A stretch of DNA of 64,000 nt from Selaginella moellendorffii (taxonomy: Eukaryota > Plantae > Lycopodiophyta), in contig NW_003314320.1 of the NCBI RefSeq assembly GCF_000143415.4, positions 1,191,231 to 1,255,230 of the forward strand, read 5' to 3'. The position numbers and the translations under genes are program-made. The first letter of the stretch is position 1. Each line of letters begins with the position of its first letter. Below, piece by piece: positions 38,594 to 50,570 of the stretch. The notes below the pieces were generated by a model. The model did not search any database, was not told the DNA's origin, and worked only from the letters and a program-made list of their open reading frames with translations.

Positions 38594-41500
38594 ATGGCGG
38601 AAGTGGGTCTCGCCTTGGGCTCCTTGCCGGTGTCCAGGCAGATTGTTTCTTCGAGAAAAGCAAGAATTAGAGCTGCTGGATTTGGGTCCTGGTTTCCTGG
38701 CTTTCAGCTGAAATGCTCCCGGCTAACAGCCGAGGCGAAGGCTCATCCGCAAATTGTCCAAGCCGAACACAATTTGGTAAGTAACTAGTTTCTTCAACTG
38801 GGTTCCTGATGGCTTTTTGTGTTTCACAGAGTCTGGAAGATGTGAAGGATACATCGGAGGTGGAGAAGCCGCTTAAAGTAGCTTTAATTTGCGGGGGACC
38901 TTCAGCCGAGAGAGGGATATCTTTAAACTCTGCAAGATCCGTTCTTGATCACCTCCAGGTGGTGTTCTCTTCTTATCCAATTTTTTTTTTTTTTTTCGCA
39001 ATTTGTGTAACGAAAACGTTAGTGCAGGCGGAAGATGTTGAAGTTGATTGTTACTACATGGATCAGCAACTTCGTGCCTATGCAATTTCACCTTCTCAGG
39101 TTCGTCACCTTGCAAAATGATGAAGTGGAGACATTGTGGGCTATGCTTGATACTTCTGCAGATGTACTGTAACACGCCTTCTGATTTCGATTTTAAGCTG
39201 CACAGGTGACGGACGATTTTTTTTTTTTTCTTCTCATCGTTTGTATTTTGGCAGCTTGGCTCAATGCTTCACGTCCCAGGCCGATTTCTTGCGACGGTTA
39301 AAATCTTCCGTCGATATTGTGTTCCCGGTGATACACGGGAAATTTGGTGAAGACGGAGGCCTACAGGTTATAGAAAGAATTGCAAAAGCTGTAACCTTTC
39401 AAATCCCATGAATTGTGCAGGAACTTCTGGAATCCGCTGGAATACCGTTCGTGGGAACTGGTTCTTCAGCAGCCCGTTGTGCCTTCGACAAGGTAAGCTT
39501 TGATGGTATTTTGTATTGCCTTAATTTTGGATATTGCAGTATGAAGCAGCAAAAGAGCTTTCCCGTCATGGATTTGTGACAATTCCAAGCTTTCTTATTG
39601 ACGTAAGTACCTTTTTCTTGAGCCAACTTGAAAATACTTCCTTCCAGAGTCCCGAGATTGATAAGGCAGCATTGGTAGAATGGTTCAAGGCTAACGATTT
39701 GAATCCTTCTTCAGATCGTGTTGTGGTAAGGCTTCAACAGGAGATAGTTGACTCTATCCGCTTTTCAACAGGTGAAACCAGCCAAATCGGGATCAAGCAT
39801 AGGGGTTACTGTGGCTCATGGACTTGACGAGGTCATCCGTGATGCTGAGACTTTACTTAAAGAGGTGAGTGATACCGACAAGTTGTCTTTGTGTTTAAAA
39901 AGAAGAATTTATTTTGTCCAGGGCATTGATGACAGAATCGTGGTGGAAGTTTTTCTGCAAGGCTGTACAGAATTTACCGTCATTATTCTCGATACTGGTT
40001 CTGGTGAACAAGTTCAACCAGTTGCTCTTCTTCCCACAGAGGTATACATTTGCGTGCTGGGCCTACTTAAACGTATGTTATCGCTGTAGGTGGAACTGTT
40101 ACATGGCGATGGGCAGTCGATAGGTGAAAAGATTTTCAATTACCGGAGAAAGTATCTTCCAACTAGACAGGTATGGCATGTATATCCGTTTCATTTGTAC
40201 TTAAGAATTTTCAGGTTTCTTACCACACACCTCCTCGTTTTCCTGTTCAAACCATTCAAAGCATACGTTCTGGTGCCTCGAAACTTTTCACACTCCTGAA
40301 TCTGCGTGATTTTGCTCGAGTAGATGGCTGGTTACTTCCACCTTCAAGTTCATTCAACAAATCAAATGATTTTTTGGTCGTCTTTTCGGATGTCAATCTG
40401 GTAGTAAAGTCGTTTCTCATTTATATATGAGTGCAACTGACTCAGTGAACAGGTTAGCGGCATGGAGCAAACAAGTTTTTTGTTTCAGCAAGCTGCACAG
40501 GTATAAGTTCAACAAGTACGTTTTATCATGCTGTATTTACACCATGTGAAGGTTGGTCTGAGCCACAGAGATGTTCTGCGGTTAGTCCTGAATCGAGCGC
40601 GCACAAGATATCCCAGCCTTTCAAATTTTCCTCAGGTGGGATTGCATGGAGTTGATGGCTCCCCGCAAACAAGTAAACGAAAAGTCTACGTCTTGTTTGG
40701 AGGAGGAAGCTCAGAACGACAAGTGTCATTGATGAGCGGAACCAATGTTTGGCTCAATCTTCGCGGCTGTAAGGACGTAAGTTTTTGGCCACCTGAATCA
40801 ATGGATACTCAACCGTTTGTATTTTCTACGACAGCTCGATGTCTCTCCATTTGTTCTTGCACCCCAATCAAGGGGTGAATCGCCGGAATCAAGATCAATT
40901 TGGGCACTTCCGTAAGTTTATCTACTCGTCCTTTTCGCGAATAACGGTATTTTGCATGACAAGGTATGCTTGTGTGCTTCGTCACACTGTGGAAGAGGTG
41001 GTTGACGGTTGTTTAGAGGCACTGGATCCTCGTTTTTCTGCTGTTTCCGGCTCACTCAAAGCACAAGTGATGTCAGAACTTAGTTCCAGTGGTTCTAAAG
41101 TTGATTACAATGTGGGATCCGGCGTCCCAACGAAGTTGTCCATGAGTGAATGGATTCAGCATGCTAAGGATGACGACGCTATTGTTTTTATAGCAGGTAA
41201 AACCTCTGAATTTTTTGCTGTTTATTGTAGTAACCGCGCGCTTGTGCAGTGCACGGTGACATTGGGGAGAACGGGATATTGCAAGAGATGCTCGAAGCGA
41301 AACGCATACCATTTACAGGTAACATGATTTTGCATTTGCAAAGCTTCTTACCGCGTGTATGGATTAGGATCTGGCGTGAAGGCATCCCGGATATGTATGG
41401 ACAAAGCCGTTACAGGTCATACGATTTCTCCTGTAAGTCAGCTCTAATCGTTTTCTTGTTTTAATATGAGTTGTTTCGTTCCTTGTAGTTGAGTTCGAAT

Positions 41501-42595
41501 GGAGTTTATAGTGCCAAAAGAGTTGTCTATAAGACAGCAGAGCTGCTTCATGACTGTGGAGATAACAGCCAACTTTGGCTCTCGTTGCAAGACAAACTGG
41601 AAGATTCTAGCATATGTGTGAAACCAGCAGCTGATGGATGCTCCACGGGAGTTGCGAGATTATGGTAAGGAAGTCTAGTGACATGAAGAACGTTGCTGAT
41701 AAAATTGCCGCAGCTGTGCAAGGGACTTGACGGTATATCTCACGGCATTGAAGGAAAAGCTACCTCGTTTGCTTCCAGGATCTCTCGGCAAGGTAAAAAT
41801 TGTCATGACCTCCAGAAACCGATTCTAAGCTTGTACTTTACAGCCGCATGGAATTATTGAACTTCCTGCCACTATCCCGGATAGTTTGATCTTTGAACCG
41901 TTTATACAAACGGATGATATACTTGTGTGTGAAGAATCTCAAATCGCATGGGAAGGCAAGCATAGATGGGTGGAAATCACAGCTGGTGTGATTGGTAAGA
42001 AGGGTGCCATGCATGCTTTGCATCCAAGCATCACACTGAAGGAATCTGGCGACATTTTGTCCTTGGAAGAAAAGTTTCAAGGTTTGAACAATTCCACCCA
42101 ACAAGTTAATTACGTTTTATTTTTCTTTCTTTCTTTGCAGGTGGTACTGGCGTCAATTTGACTCCACCACCTCCTCTCATTTGCAGGTTAGTTGTAAGCC
42201 TTACGTTTGGCGTAGAGTCACAGGTTCTTTATTATCTTTCTGCAGTGAAGAAGCAGTACGTTCGTGTAGAGAGCGTATTGAACTTGTTGCCAACACCCTC
42301 CAATTGGAAGGATTTGCTCGAATTGATGCTTTCATGAATGTGGACACTGGAGAGGTATGGTTGTAATCACTTTCGAAATTCTTGACTCAAAACTGGCGAC
42401 AGGTGATTGTTATAGAAGTGAACACGGTCCCTGGAATGACTCCCTCGACAGTTTTAATTCATCAGGTTTGAAGACAGATTCTAAGCTGCGTGTACAAACT
42501 GCTTACGCTGAAAATTTCAGGTGCTTGCGGAAACCACGCCATTATTTCCACGAGAGTTCTTCCGAGCAGTCGTTGATTTAGGCTCAAAGCGGTAA
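38594..42595 (+). CDS. DDL: Plastid-targeted D-alanine-D-alanine ligase (plant tandem-domain type)
   Basis: Transit-peptide-like N-terminus, LICGGPSAERGISLNSARS, FPVIHGKFGEDGG, VKPAKSGSSIGV, second repeat LFGGGSSERQVSLMSG, HGDIGENG, VKPAADGCSTGV, LEEKFQGGTG, IEVNTVPGMTPST. Confidence 0.93.
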
Positions 42596-42799
42596 TCGTA
42601 TCACAAGGAAGCTTTCATACCCGGTCGCCTTTTCTCGAACATCCATTCCTAGTCGTTTCTTAACGAGTCCAAGTCCTGTCGGTTTTAATTTATACCATTA
42701 GCATGCATTGAAGCTCGTGGCAATATCTGTTTTAGTGGAATAACAAGGAATGATTTAAACTAGCAGAACTTTACCGAAGGAATAATTTCATTTTGATTA

Positions 42800-43806
42800 A
42801 TGGCTGCTGACGAGCTCCAGAACTCGAGGTATCTCATGCTACACTCGATCGCAGCCCACTGGGATTTCGATCCTGCCACGCTCCTCGTGGGTCGCTTTGC
42901 CTGCTCAGACGTGGACGAGATCCGGGCATACTCTGCAGCAGCGGGCGCGGCGATGGTCTCGCAGATCAGACTCCATTTGTCATCACCGGGAAGCCAGCAC
43001 AAACGATCTGGACCAGTTCCTCTTCGTGGGAACCAACAGTAGAGGAGATGCGGCAATTCCAGATGAGGATTTCAAGAAGCTATCCTACACAGAATCCAGG
43101 AGTGTGCGTCCATACAGGTCGCGCTTGGTGTATCAGCGGTTCAAGGCGATGAGGCAGGAACTCATCATCGACGAGTCTGGAGTTCATCACTACATACGTG
43201 CGAAGGATGATTTAGGCAGTGCAGTTGCCCCGTTTGTGGGAGCTCTTCACATCGTCCCGAATGGATCAAGGTTCGATGGCAGTGCACGTCGCCCAGTTGG
43301 AATGGTATCACTGGTTCGCTGCGACGGTTACTGCTTGACTGCGGCTCAATGTCTGGAAGGTTTCGATGGTGACGACAACACTATCTTCGTCAGCTTCCCA
43401 CGGATGAGCGATCATTCGTGCTTTTACGAGTGTAAGATTGCCAAGGCCGAAGAGTTTGTGGTGCACTTGGAAGCTAAAGAGCAACCAAGCGTCAAGTGGT
43501 GGTTTGGACCGCGTCTGCCTCAGTTTTCAAGTTCAGCGGCCCCAACAGCACGCAACTCGTGGAGTGTCCGATGGTTGATTCGTTCGTATGTCCATTCGAG
43601 GGCATTGTATTGCAGAGCGCGAAGATCGACCACAAGCTGTCGCTAGGAGGTCCTGTTGTCAACTGTACCGGCGAGATGAGAGGGGTGATTATTGCACACA
43701 GCCTACTGAAGAAGACCAGCGACCGGAGAAGAAAAGCGAGATGAAAGTGCAAAGTGTTTCGGACTTGCAGGAGTTTCTAGATGATGCACTGAATGGAAGA
43801 ACGTAA
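42800..43806 (+). pseudogene. Frameshifted trypsin-fold (Trypsin_2/HtrA-like) protease homolog lacking catalytic residues
   Basis: DGYCLTAAQC (cf. LTAAHC) and KLSLGGPVVNCTGEMRGVI (cf. GxSGGPxxNxxGExIGI), spread over several frames. Confidence 0.55.
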
Positions 43807-44545
43807 ACAACAAGCTGAGCAGGACTCGAGGCGATGCAAATTATGAGAGTATTGGTACTTCTTTCTGGTTCTCATTCTTCCTTTTTCTTTCTTGTCTGTT
43901 AGAGTGGAAAAATTGCTCGGAACTCAGGAGGTTAGTCCAGTCTTGTTGATCTAGTAGTTACCAATGTATTCCTCGCTTGCAGAATTTATCGACAGCGCTG
44001 TGACGGAGTTTAATGCTCCACCGTCTAAGCGTCCGAAAGTTAAATACGTCCCCATGTCCGAGGAGAAAATCCAGAAGTTTTACAAGGAAGCTGTCAGAGA
44101 GGTTTTTAGATCTTGTTGTCAGGATAAGCAATGTGTTTGTCGCATTTTTGTTTTACTCCAAATGTGAATTGATGATCATTCCGCAAGATGCATGGATTCC
44201 AATGGCCCTGGATGGATTCGATAAACACATTCATACTGAATCATACACAGGGAAGGAAGTTTTTCCCGCGACTTTGGAGATTTAGGATAGGGTGTTTTCT
44301 TGCCAACGCTAACTCGCATCTCACGTGAGTTGCTAGACAGACACAGTCTATACACCTGTAGCGTTTCCTTTATGTCGATTTGCGATTCTGTAATCCCACG
44401 GGTTTGGAGGTTGGCATGGTGATGAGTGTTTTCTTCGCACCATTTTGGCTGGTACAGGCGCCCGTGCTCCTGGAGCTGATTAATCCATGACCGCCTGGAT
44501 CATCCCAATGGCGGCCTTCTTGCAGATTTCCAGTACCGCGCAGCA
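43420..44545 (+). repeat. Segmental duplicate (copy A) of 50205-51901
   Basis: Near-identical ordered blocks: the protease tail, the MYxSLAEFID/MSEEKIQ segment, the AWIPMA segment and the first ~65 nt of the PMT gene. Confidence 0.9.
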
Positions 44546-44743
44546 GGAGGTAATTATCAAACGTACACTAAATAGCTTGAGAATGGCAAGAACGAAGAAC
44601 AAAACTTTTAAGTAGAGATGTCTAGAGATCCATCCAGACTAAAACAAGAGAGTTTCTTCGAACCCGATATCCTATCTACAATCGCCTTTTCAAAAATAAC
44701 CATCCAAGAAAAATAAATTAGAAAAATTCAAAACAATTATAAT

Positions 44744-44917
44744 TGTGAGGGCCAAGTGTACAACTACGATGCCGTATACTAATATTAGCGTAGTGGATTT
44801 TGGTAGCCGTTAGATTGGTTTCAATCCGGACCACTCGCTCCTGTATATAAGCTAGGGTTTTTGGGCTAATTGATATGCACATTTCTGTATTCCCTTTCCA
44901 TATTCCATGCACTCACA
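44744..44917 (+). repeat. 5' LTR
   Basis: TGTGAGGG...ACTCACA, direct repeat of 49658-49831, with internal TATATAA. Confidence 0.95.
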
Positions 44918-44970
44918 TTAGTGGAGTTGAGGGGCACCTTTGATTGTCCCTAGGGAGTGCTTGGATTTAG

Positions 44971-45166
44971 GATTTCGGTTTAGATCTAGCTTTTGCATCA
45001 TCTAAATCTCGCTTTTTCCATTTCCTTTCTTTTGTTCTTTCCTTTCAAGATTTTGGTTTAGATTTAGCTTTTGCATCGTCTAAATCTCGTTTTTTCCATT
45101 TCCTTTCTTTTGTTCTTTCCTTTCAAGATTTTGGTTTAGATCTAGCTTTTTGCATTGTCTAGATCT
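44971..45166 (+). repeat. 78-bp tandem repeat (2.5 copies) in the retroelement leader
   Basis: Units start at 44971, 45049 and 45127. Confidence 0.9.
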
Positions 45167-45229
45167 ATCATTTCTTTCCAGCTTTTTTGTCATTTCTCTT
45201 CTTTTGCTCTTTCTTTTTAATTCATCTTC

Positions 45230-46162
45230 ATGGCTGATCTGCAATCTCCTCTTTTGACTCTAGAGTAGCAGTTGGTTCAATTGCTTGATGCTATGCGCTT
45301 GCAATTGAACAACCAAACTCAGTTGATGGTGGTGTTCACGGCACATTGTACAACTCCTCCCGCTCTTGGTGCCAATCCTCGCGTTCGGCCGGAGTTCTTT
45401 CGCGGGAATCCTGGGGATGATGTGTACCATTGGTTCGATCACTTTACGGTGATTGCCACATATCATTCTTGGGATGATGCTCGACAGTTGCGTGAGTTTC
45501 CCACGTGTCTCCAAGGGACGGCGTTGCAGTGGTACAATGGTTTGAGCGTAGTCACTCATGGGGATTGGAGTGTTCTCCCGGACGTCTTCAAATGCGCCTT
45601 CGGACATGCCGATGATTGTGATGATGCTTTCCAACAATTGCATCGTCTTCGCCAAGGGCCATCTGAGTCGGTGATGCAATTTTGCGTTCGTTTCCGAAGT
45701 CTTTTGCTTCGTGTGGAGCTAAATATGTCAGAGCGGATCAAGCTAGGAATGTTGTGGCTAGCCCTTCATCAAGATCTTGTCGGACTTGTGCATGCACTTG
45801 CTCCTACCACCCTTGACGATGCTCTTCGTTTGGCACAACGTTATGAAACGTCGCCTCTTCCACTTCTCGCTGCACGTCCTTCCACTTCACTTCCTATGGG
45901 TGATGATCCTGTTCCAATGGAGGTTGATGCTGCTGCTGCTCGAGTCCAAGGACAAGTGCGAGGACATGGTCGTGGCCGTGATGTTTGCTGCTGGGCGTGT
46001 GATGAAGTTGGTCATACTTATCGGCGTTGCCGTCATTTTCCGGATTGGCAACCTCCATTTCCTGGGTGGAGACCTTGGCGTCAGCAACGTCCCCTGGGTG
46101 CTGCTGTAGTGGAAGGTCTGGACACCAAGATGCATCCCGGAAACGAGGAGTCGCGCGATTAA
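45230..46162 (+). pseudogene. gag: Retrotransposon gag with CCHC zinc knuckle
   Basis: LQGTALQWY, RQGPSESV, PVPMEVD, CWACDEVGHTYRRC. In-frame TAG at 45266-45268. Confidence 0.9.
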
Positions 46163-49100
46163 CGGAGGGACCTTGCACAAATAAATCAATGACCCCTCCA
46201 TCTTTCTTTTGAGAGTATCATCAAGGGGTTCACTCAGCACCAGTTCATCCAGTGTTTACTTTCCAAGCTCGTTTTTATAACAAGAGGTCTCCTATTATTC
46301 TCTCCGTGTTGGTTGATACAGGTTCGAGTTTATCTTCTATTGCTCGACCTGTTGCCACACGTTGTCGTCTACACTTGCGTCATGTGGCAGAACCAGTTTT
46401 CATTCTTTATGGCAACGGCCGTACACATGCATGTGCACAGGATGAGGTGGACCTGGTTGTGCATGTGTGCGATCTCGAGCTTGAGTTGCAGTCGTTGCGG
46501 GTGGTGCTGAGTCAAGCTTTTGACCTCATTCTTGGTATGGATTGGTTGCAACGCAATCATGCCAAGTGTGACTTTGAGGCTTCTCCCCCTTGTCTCATAC
46601 TTCCTTATGTTTCATCCATTCCTCTTACTTTCATACCCCTTCGTCCCTCTACTTCTACCTCTGCTTCCATTACTTTTGTTCCCCCACTCTTTCCTTCTGT
46701 GTTTCCATCTTGTTCTGCTTTTCCCTTTTCCGATCCCTCCGACGCTCTTTGTGTTGTAGCAGTTGACCGGCTCATGAAGGAGTATTCTGATCTCTTTGAA
46801 TTTGACCTATCGTCTGGGGCCAAGATTGCCACACGTCATCCGATTCCAACCGGGGATGCTCGTCCAATCAAGGTTCCTGTTCGTCGTCAGTCACCTAAGG
46901 AGATCAAGATTTTACGAGCAAACGTCAAGGAAATGCTGGAGAAGGGTGTTATTCGGAAGTCACGGAGTCCTTGGGCATGTGAACCTCATCTTGTGACGAA
47001 GTCTGATGGGAGTATTCGTTTCTGCATCGACTATCGTCTGTTAAACGAAGTGACGATCCCAGATGTGTATCCTCTTCCTCACACTGCTGATCTCTTGGAT
47101 CGTCTGGGGCGAAGTCGTTGGTTCACCAAGCTAGATCTTGCTTCTGGGTATTGACAAGTATCGATGGCCGAAGAAGATATTCCTAAGACTGCTTTTCGTA
47201 CACCATTTGGTTTGTACGAGTTCTTGGTGATGCCGTTTGGTTTGAATAATGCTCCAGCAACTTTCTAGCGGATGATGGACGAGGTTCTTTGCGATATGTC
47301 GGAGGTGACTGCTGACTTCATTGATGATGTCTTGATCCACTCGGAGGGGACGTGGGAGGAGCACGTTCGTGATGTTTGTAAAGTGTTGGATCGGTTACGT
47401 GATGTTGGTTTAAAGCTGAAGCGGTCAAACTGTGTGTTTGGGTCAAGGACACAACCTATCTTGGGTACCGTATTTCTCATGAGGGTTTGCAAATTGATCC
47501 TAACAAACTTGTGGCTGTTCTAAAGTTCCCTACTCTGAAGTGTGTGAATGATGTGCAACGCTTTTTGGGTAAGGTGCAGTATCTCGGTCGTTTTGTGGAT
47601 CATCTTTCCGATCGCACTACACCATTGCGAGCATTGCTGAAGTCATCAACATCATCTTTCATCTGGTCTCCGGATTGTGAGCAGGCGTTCGTGGATCTCA
47701 AAGAGCTATTGATGACTCCTCCAGTTTTGGCATATCCTGATTACACTCGACCTTTTATTTTGCGCGTGGATACTTCTGACATTGGTCTTGGAGGTGTGTT
47801 GATGCAAGAGAGCTCGAGTGTACCTGGTCAGCGCCATCCCATTGCATACATAAGCCGTACATTACAACCAGCGGAGATGAACTACTCCACGACGGAGAAG
47901 GAGTGTTTAGCAGCAGTTTGGGGTTTCGAGAAACTTCATGCATATCTACATGGTTCTCGGACGTTACTTGAAAGTGACCATGCTGCTGTTACTTCATTAT
48001 TGAAGCGGAAGAACCTGGTTGGTCGTACGGCTCGATGGGCTTTGAAGCTTCAGATATATGATTTCAATGTTGTTCATCGCCCAGGGAGTTCTATGGCTGA
48101 TGCTGATGCCCTTTCTCAGGCTCCTCTTCCTTCTCCACTCACTTCTCATGTTTCTGACGAACCTGTTATTCCAGCGTCTATGGATTTTCTAGATGAAGAT
48201 TCTATGCCATCGGCGGTTGTTGTCCTTGATGTTCAGTGTCCACAGGGCGCAGAGCAAGATCTACCTTCTCTTGATGAGGTTCGCGAGGCTCAAAAGATTG
48301 AGCCGTGGATTCGAAGGCTTCGAGATGGGTTTGAGAATCCTGCATCACTTGCTGATGACTTGCCTTTCCGGCATTTACATTCTCAATATCGCCTTGAAGA
48401 TGGCCTTCTTTATTTTGTGGTGACAGATCCTGATGATCATTTACAATTGGTGGTGCCTTCGGTGTTTATTCCGCGGTTTCTCCATGCCTACCATGATTCT
48501 CCTGTTTTAGGTGGGCATATAGGACACCATTGTGTCACCGAGAAGTTGCGCAGGTCTTTCTATTGGCCGGAGATGCGACGTGATATTATCCGGTATGTGC
48601 GTAGCTGCGTTTGGTGCCAAGCTCGTAATACTCCCCCTTGTGCTGCGGAAGGATGGTTGGAGTCAATTGCAGTTTCCCGTCCGTTTGAGTTGGTAGCGTT
48701 TGATCTTATGGGACCTTTTCCACGATCGACTGCTGGCAATGAGTATGTTATTATTACTTCTGACTACTTGACTCGTTGGGTGGAAGTTGGTGCTCTTGCT
48801 AGCGCCTTTGCAACTGCTGTTGGATACTTCCTCCTCAATCGAGTGGTGTTCCAGCATTCTTGTCCAGAGCGGATTCTTTCGGATAATGGTCCTGCATTTA
48901 TGGCTGAGGTATTTCATGTTTTGACATCTCGGTTGGGGATACGCCACACTTTTACAAGTGCTTATCATCCACAATCAGACGGTTTGGTGGAACGGCTCAT
49001 TCGGACATTCAAAGGGATGATTGCGATGTATGTGAACTTTCAGCATTCGGATTGGGATGGTTATTTGCCATCTCTTCGGTATGCCTATGTCACAGGGGTA

Positions 49101-49547
49101 CAGAGTTCTATTGGTGCTTCACCATATAAACTTCTATATGGTCATGATCCAATATTACCAACAGAGTTGGGTTTACCTTCACGATTGCCACGAGCTCCTG
49201 ATGCTAGGTCATGGGATCAGTATTTGACAAGCATTCTTCCACTTGTCCGAGCAGAGTCTGCCGAACACTTAAGCCGCGTACAAGTGGGACAACAACAGCG
49301 CTACAACTCCCATCATTGTCCACCTGCGGAGTATAAAGTGGATGATTTGGTGTTAGTCCGTTTTCCCCATCTTACGGTACGTGGTTTATCTAAGGGGCTC
49401 CTTGCGCAGTGGAAAGGACCGTATCGGGTGTTATGGCAAGTTGAACCGCAAGTTTATGAGGTTCAGCATGACGTTCAGCAGGCCGATCCTCTGGAGATTG
49501 TGCATGTGTAGCGGTTAAAACGCTTCATACAAAGGGATCAGGAGTAG
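46138..49547 (+). pseudogene. pol: Retrotransposon pol (protease, RT, RNase H, integrase)
   Basis: LVDTGSS; [36 protein letters not shown]; DTSDIGLGGVL, YSTTEKECLA; HHCC, DLMGP, SDNGPAF, DGLVER, WKGPY. Stops at 47152, 47266 and 49509, plus a frameshift near 47460-47490. Confidence 0.93.
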
Positions 49548-49657
49548 TTAATACCGTCTACAGATCCGCCGATGCCTCCTCCTGACGTTCCTCCAGATCC
49601 CGGCCCATCTACAAGAGAACCCTGATGGCATTTCATTATTCCAAGAGGAGGGGATGA

Positions 49658-49831
49658 TGTGAGGGCTAAGTGTACGGCTACGATGCCGTATACTAATATT
49701 AGCGTAGTGGATTTTGGTAGCCGTCGGATTGGTTTCAATCCGGACCACTCGCTCCTGTATATAATCTAGGGTTTTTGGGCTAATTGATATGCACATTTCT
49801 GTATTCCCTTTCCATATTCTATACACTCACA
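49658..49831 (+). repeat. 3' LTR
   Basis: Follows the PPT. Direct repeat of 44744-44917. Confidence 0.95.
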
Positions 49832-50204
49832 TAGTTAAATTTGGATGTGGATTCTATTCTTAAAGCCTATTCTGAGTTGTGTAGCTTAAGTCTTCATCTT
49901 CTCTTGATCAAAACCCTCTAACACCGCTGGCTGCCATTAAACCACCTAGGCTAACAAACAAACCATCTCTAGGAGTATCCATTGGACATTTAAATTTTCC
50001 TCAATTGAATTACAATGCCTTTGGATCTTGTCTCCATGCCTGATTCATTCGTTTCTTTGGCTGCTTCATCTTCCACAACTTACCACAGTAATTTTCAGAA
50101 TCACACTCAAGCACACCAGGAGAACTCTTCCAATATCTTCGAATTTAAATCTGCTAGAGCTTTCATCGTCAACGTTTTCCTTCTCGTTATGCTTTTGAGC
50201 AGCA

Positions 50205-50570
50205 GCTTTTATGAGTGTAAGATTGCCAAGGCCGAAGAGTTTGTAGTGCACGTGGAGGCTAAAGAGCAACAAAGCTTCAAGACTTGCATGGCTACCTGGT
50301 TTGGACCTGCGTCTGGCTCCTAACAGCACGCAACTCGTGGAGTCTCCGATGGTTGATTCGTTATCCATTTGAGGGCATTGTAGTGGCGAGCTCAAAGATC
50401 GACCACAAGCTTTCACTGGGAGGTCCTGTTGTCAACCGTGCCGGCGAGATGATAGGGGTGATTATTGCACACAGCCTACTGAAGAAAAACAGCGACTCGA
50501 GAGGAAAAGCGTGCGTTACCTGGTTTGGAACCAAGATGTGTTTCGGACTTGCAGGAGTTTCTAGATGATG
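50205..50570 (+). pseudogene. Second, 5'-truncated copy of the trypsin-fold homolog
   Basis: FYECKIAKAEEFVVHVEAKEQ...KIDHKLSLGGPVVNRAGEMIGVIIAHSLLKK, matching 43420-43790. Confidence 0.7.

Larger units (their letters stand above)
44744..49831 (+). mobile_element. Full-length Ty3/gypsy LTR retrotransposon (no chromodomain), inactivated
   Basis: 174-bp LTRs 44744-44917 and 49658-49831 (TG...CA, 8 mismatches counted by eye). PPT AAGAGGAGGGGATGA at 49643-49657. Domain order gag-PR-RT-RH-IN. Imperfect 4-bp flank TAAT/TAGT. Confidence 0.96.

Noticed and set aside
38594-42595. DDL as recent bacterial HGT or contamination
   Set aside because: It has many spliceosomal introns, a transit-peptide-like N-terminus and the plant-type tandem architecture.
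31365-42595. Possible biosynthetic or functional gene cluster
   Set aside because: The neighbouring genes (acyltransferase, HRD3, NRL, C2, DDL) share no evident pathway. Proximity reflects genome compactness.
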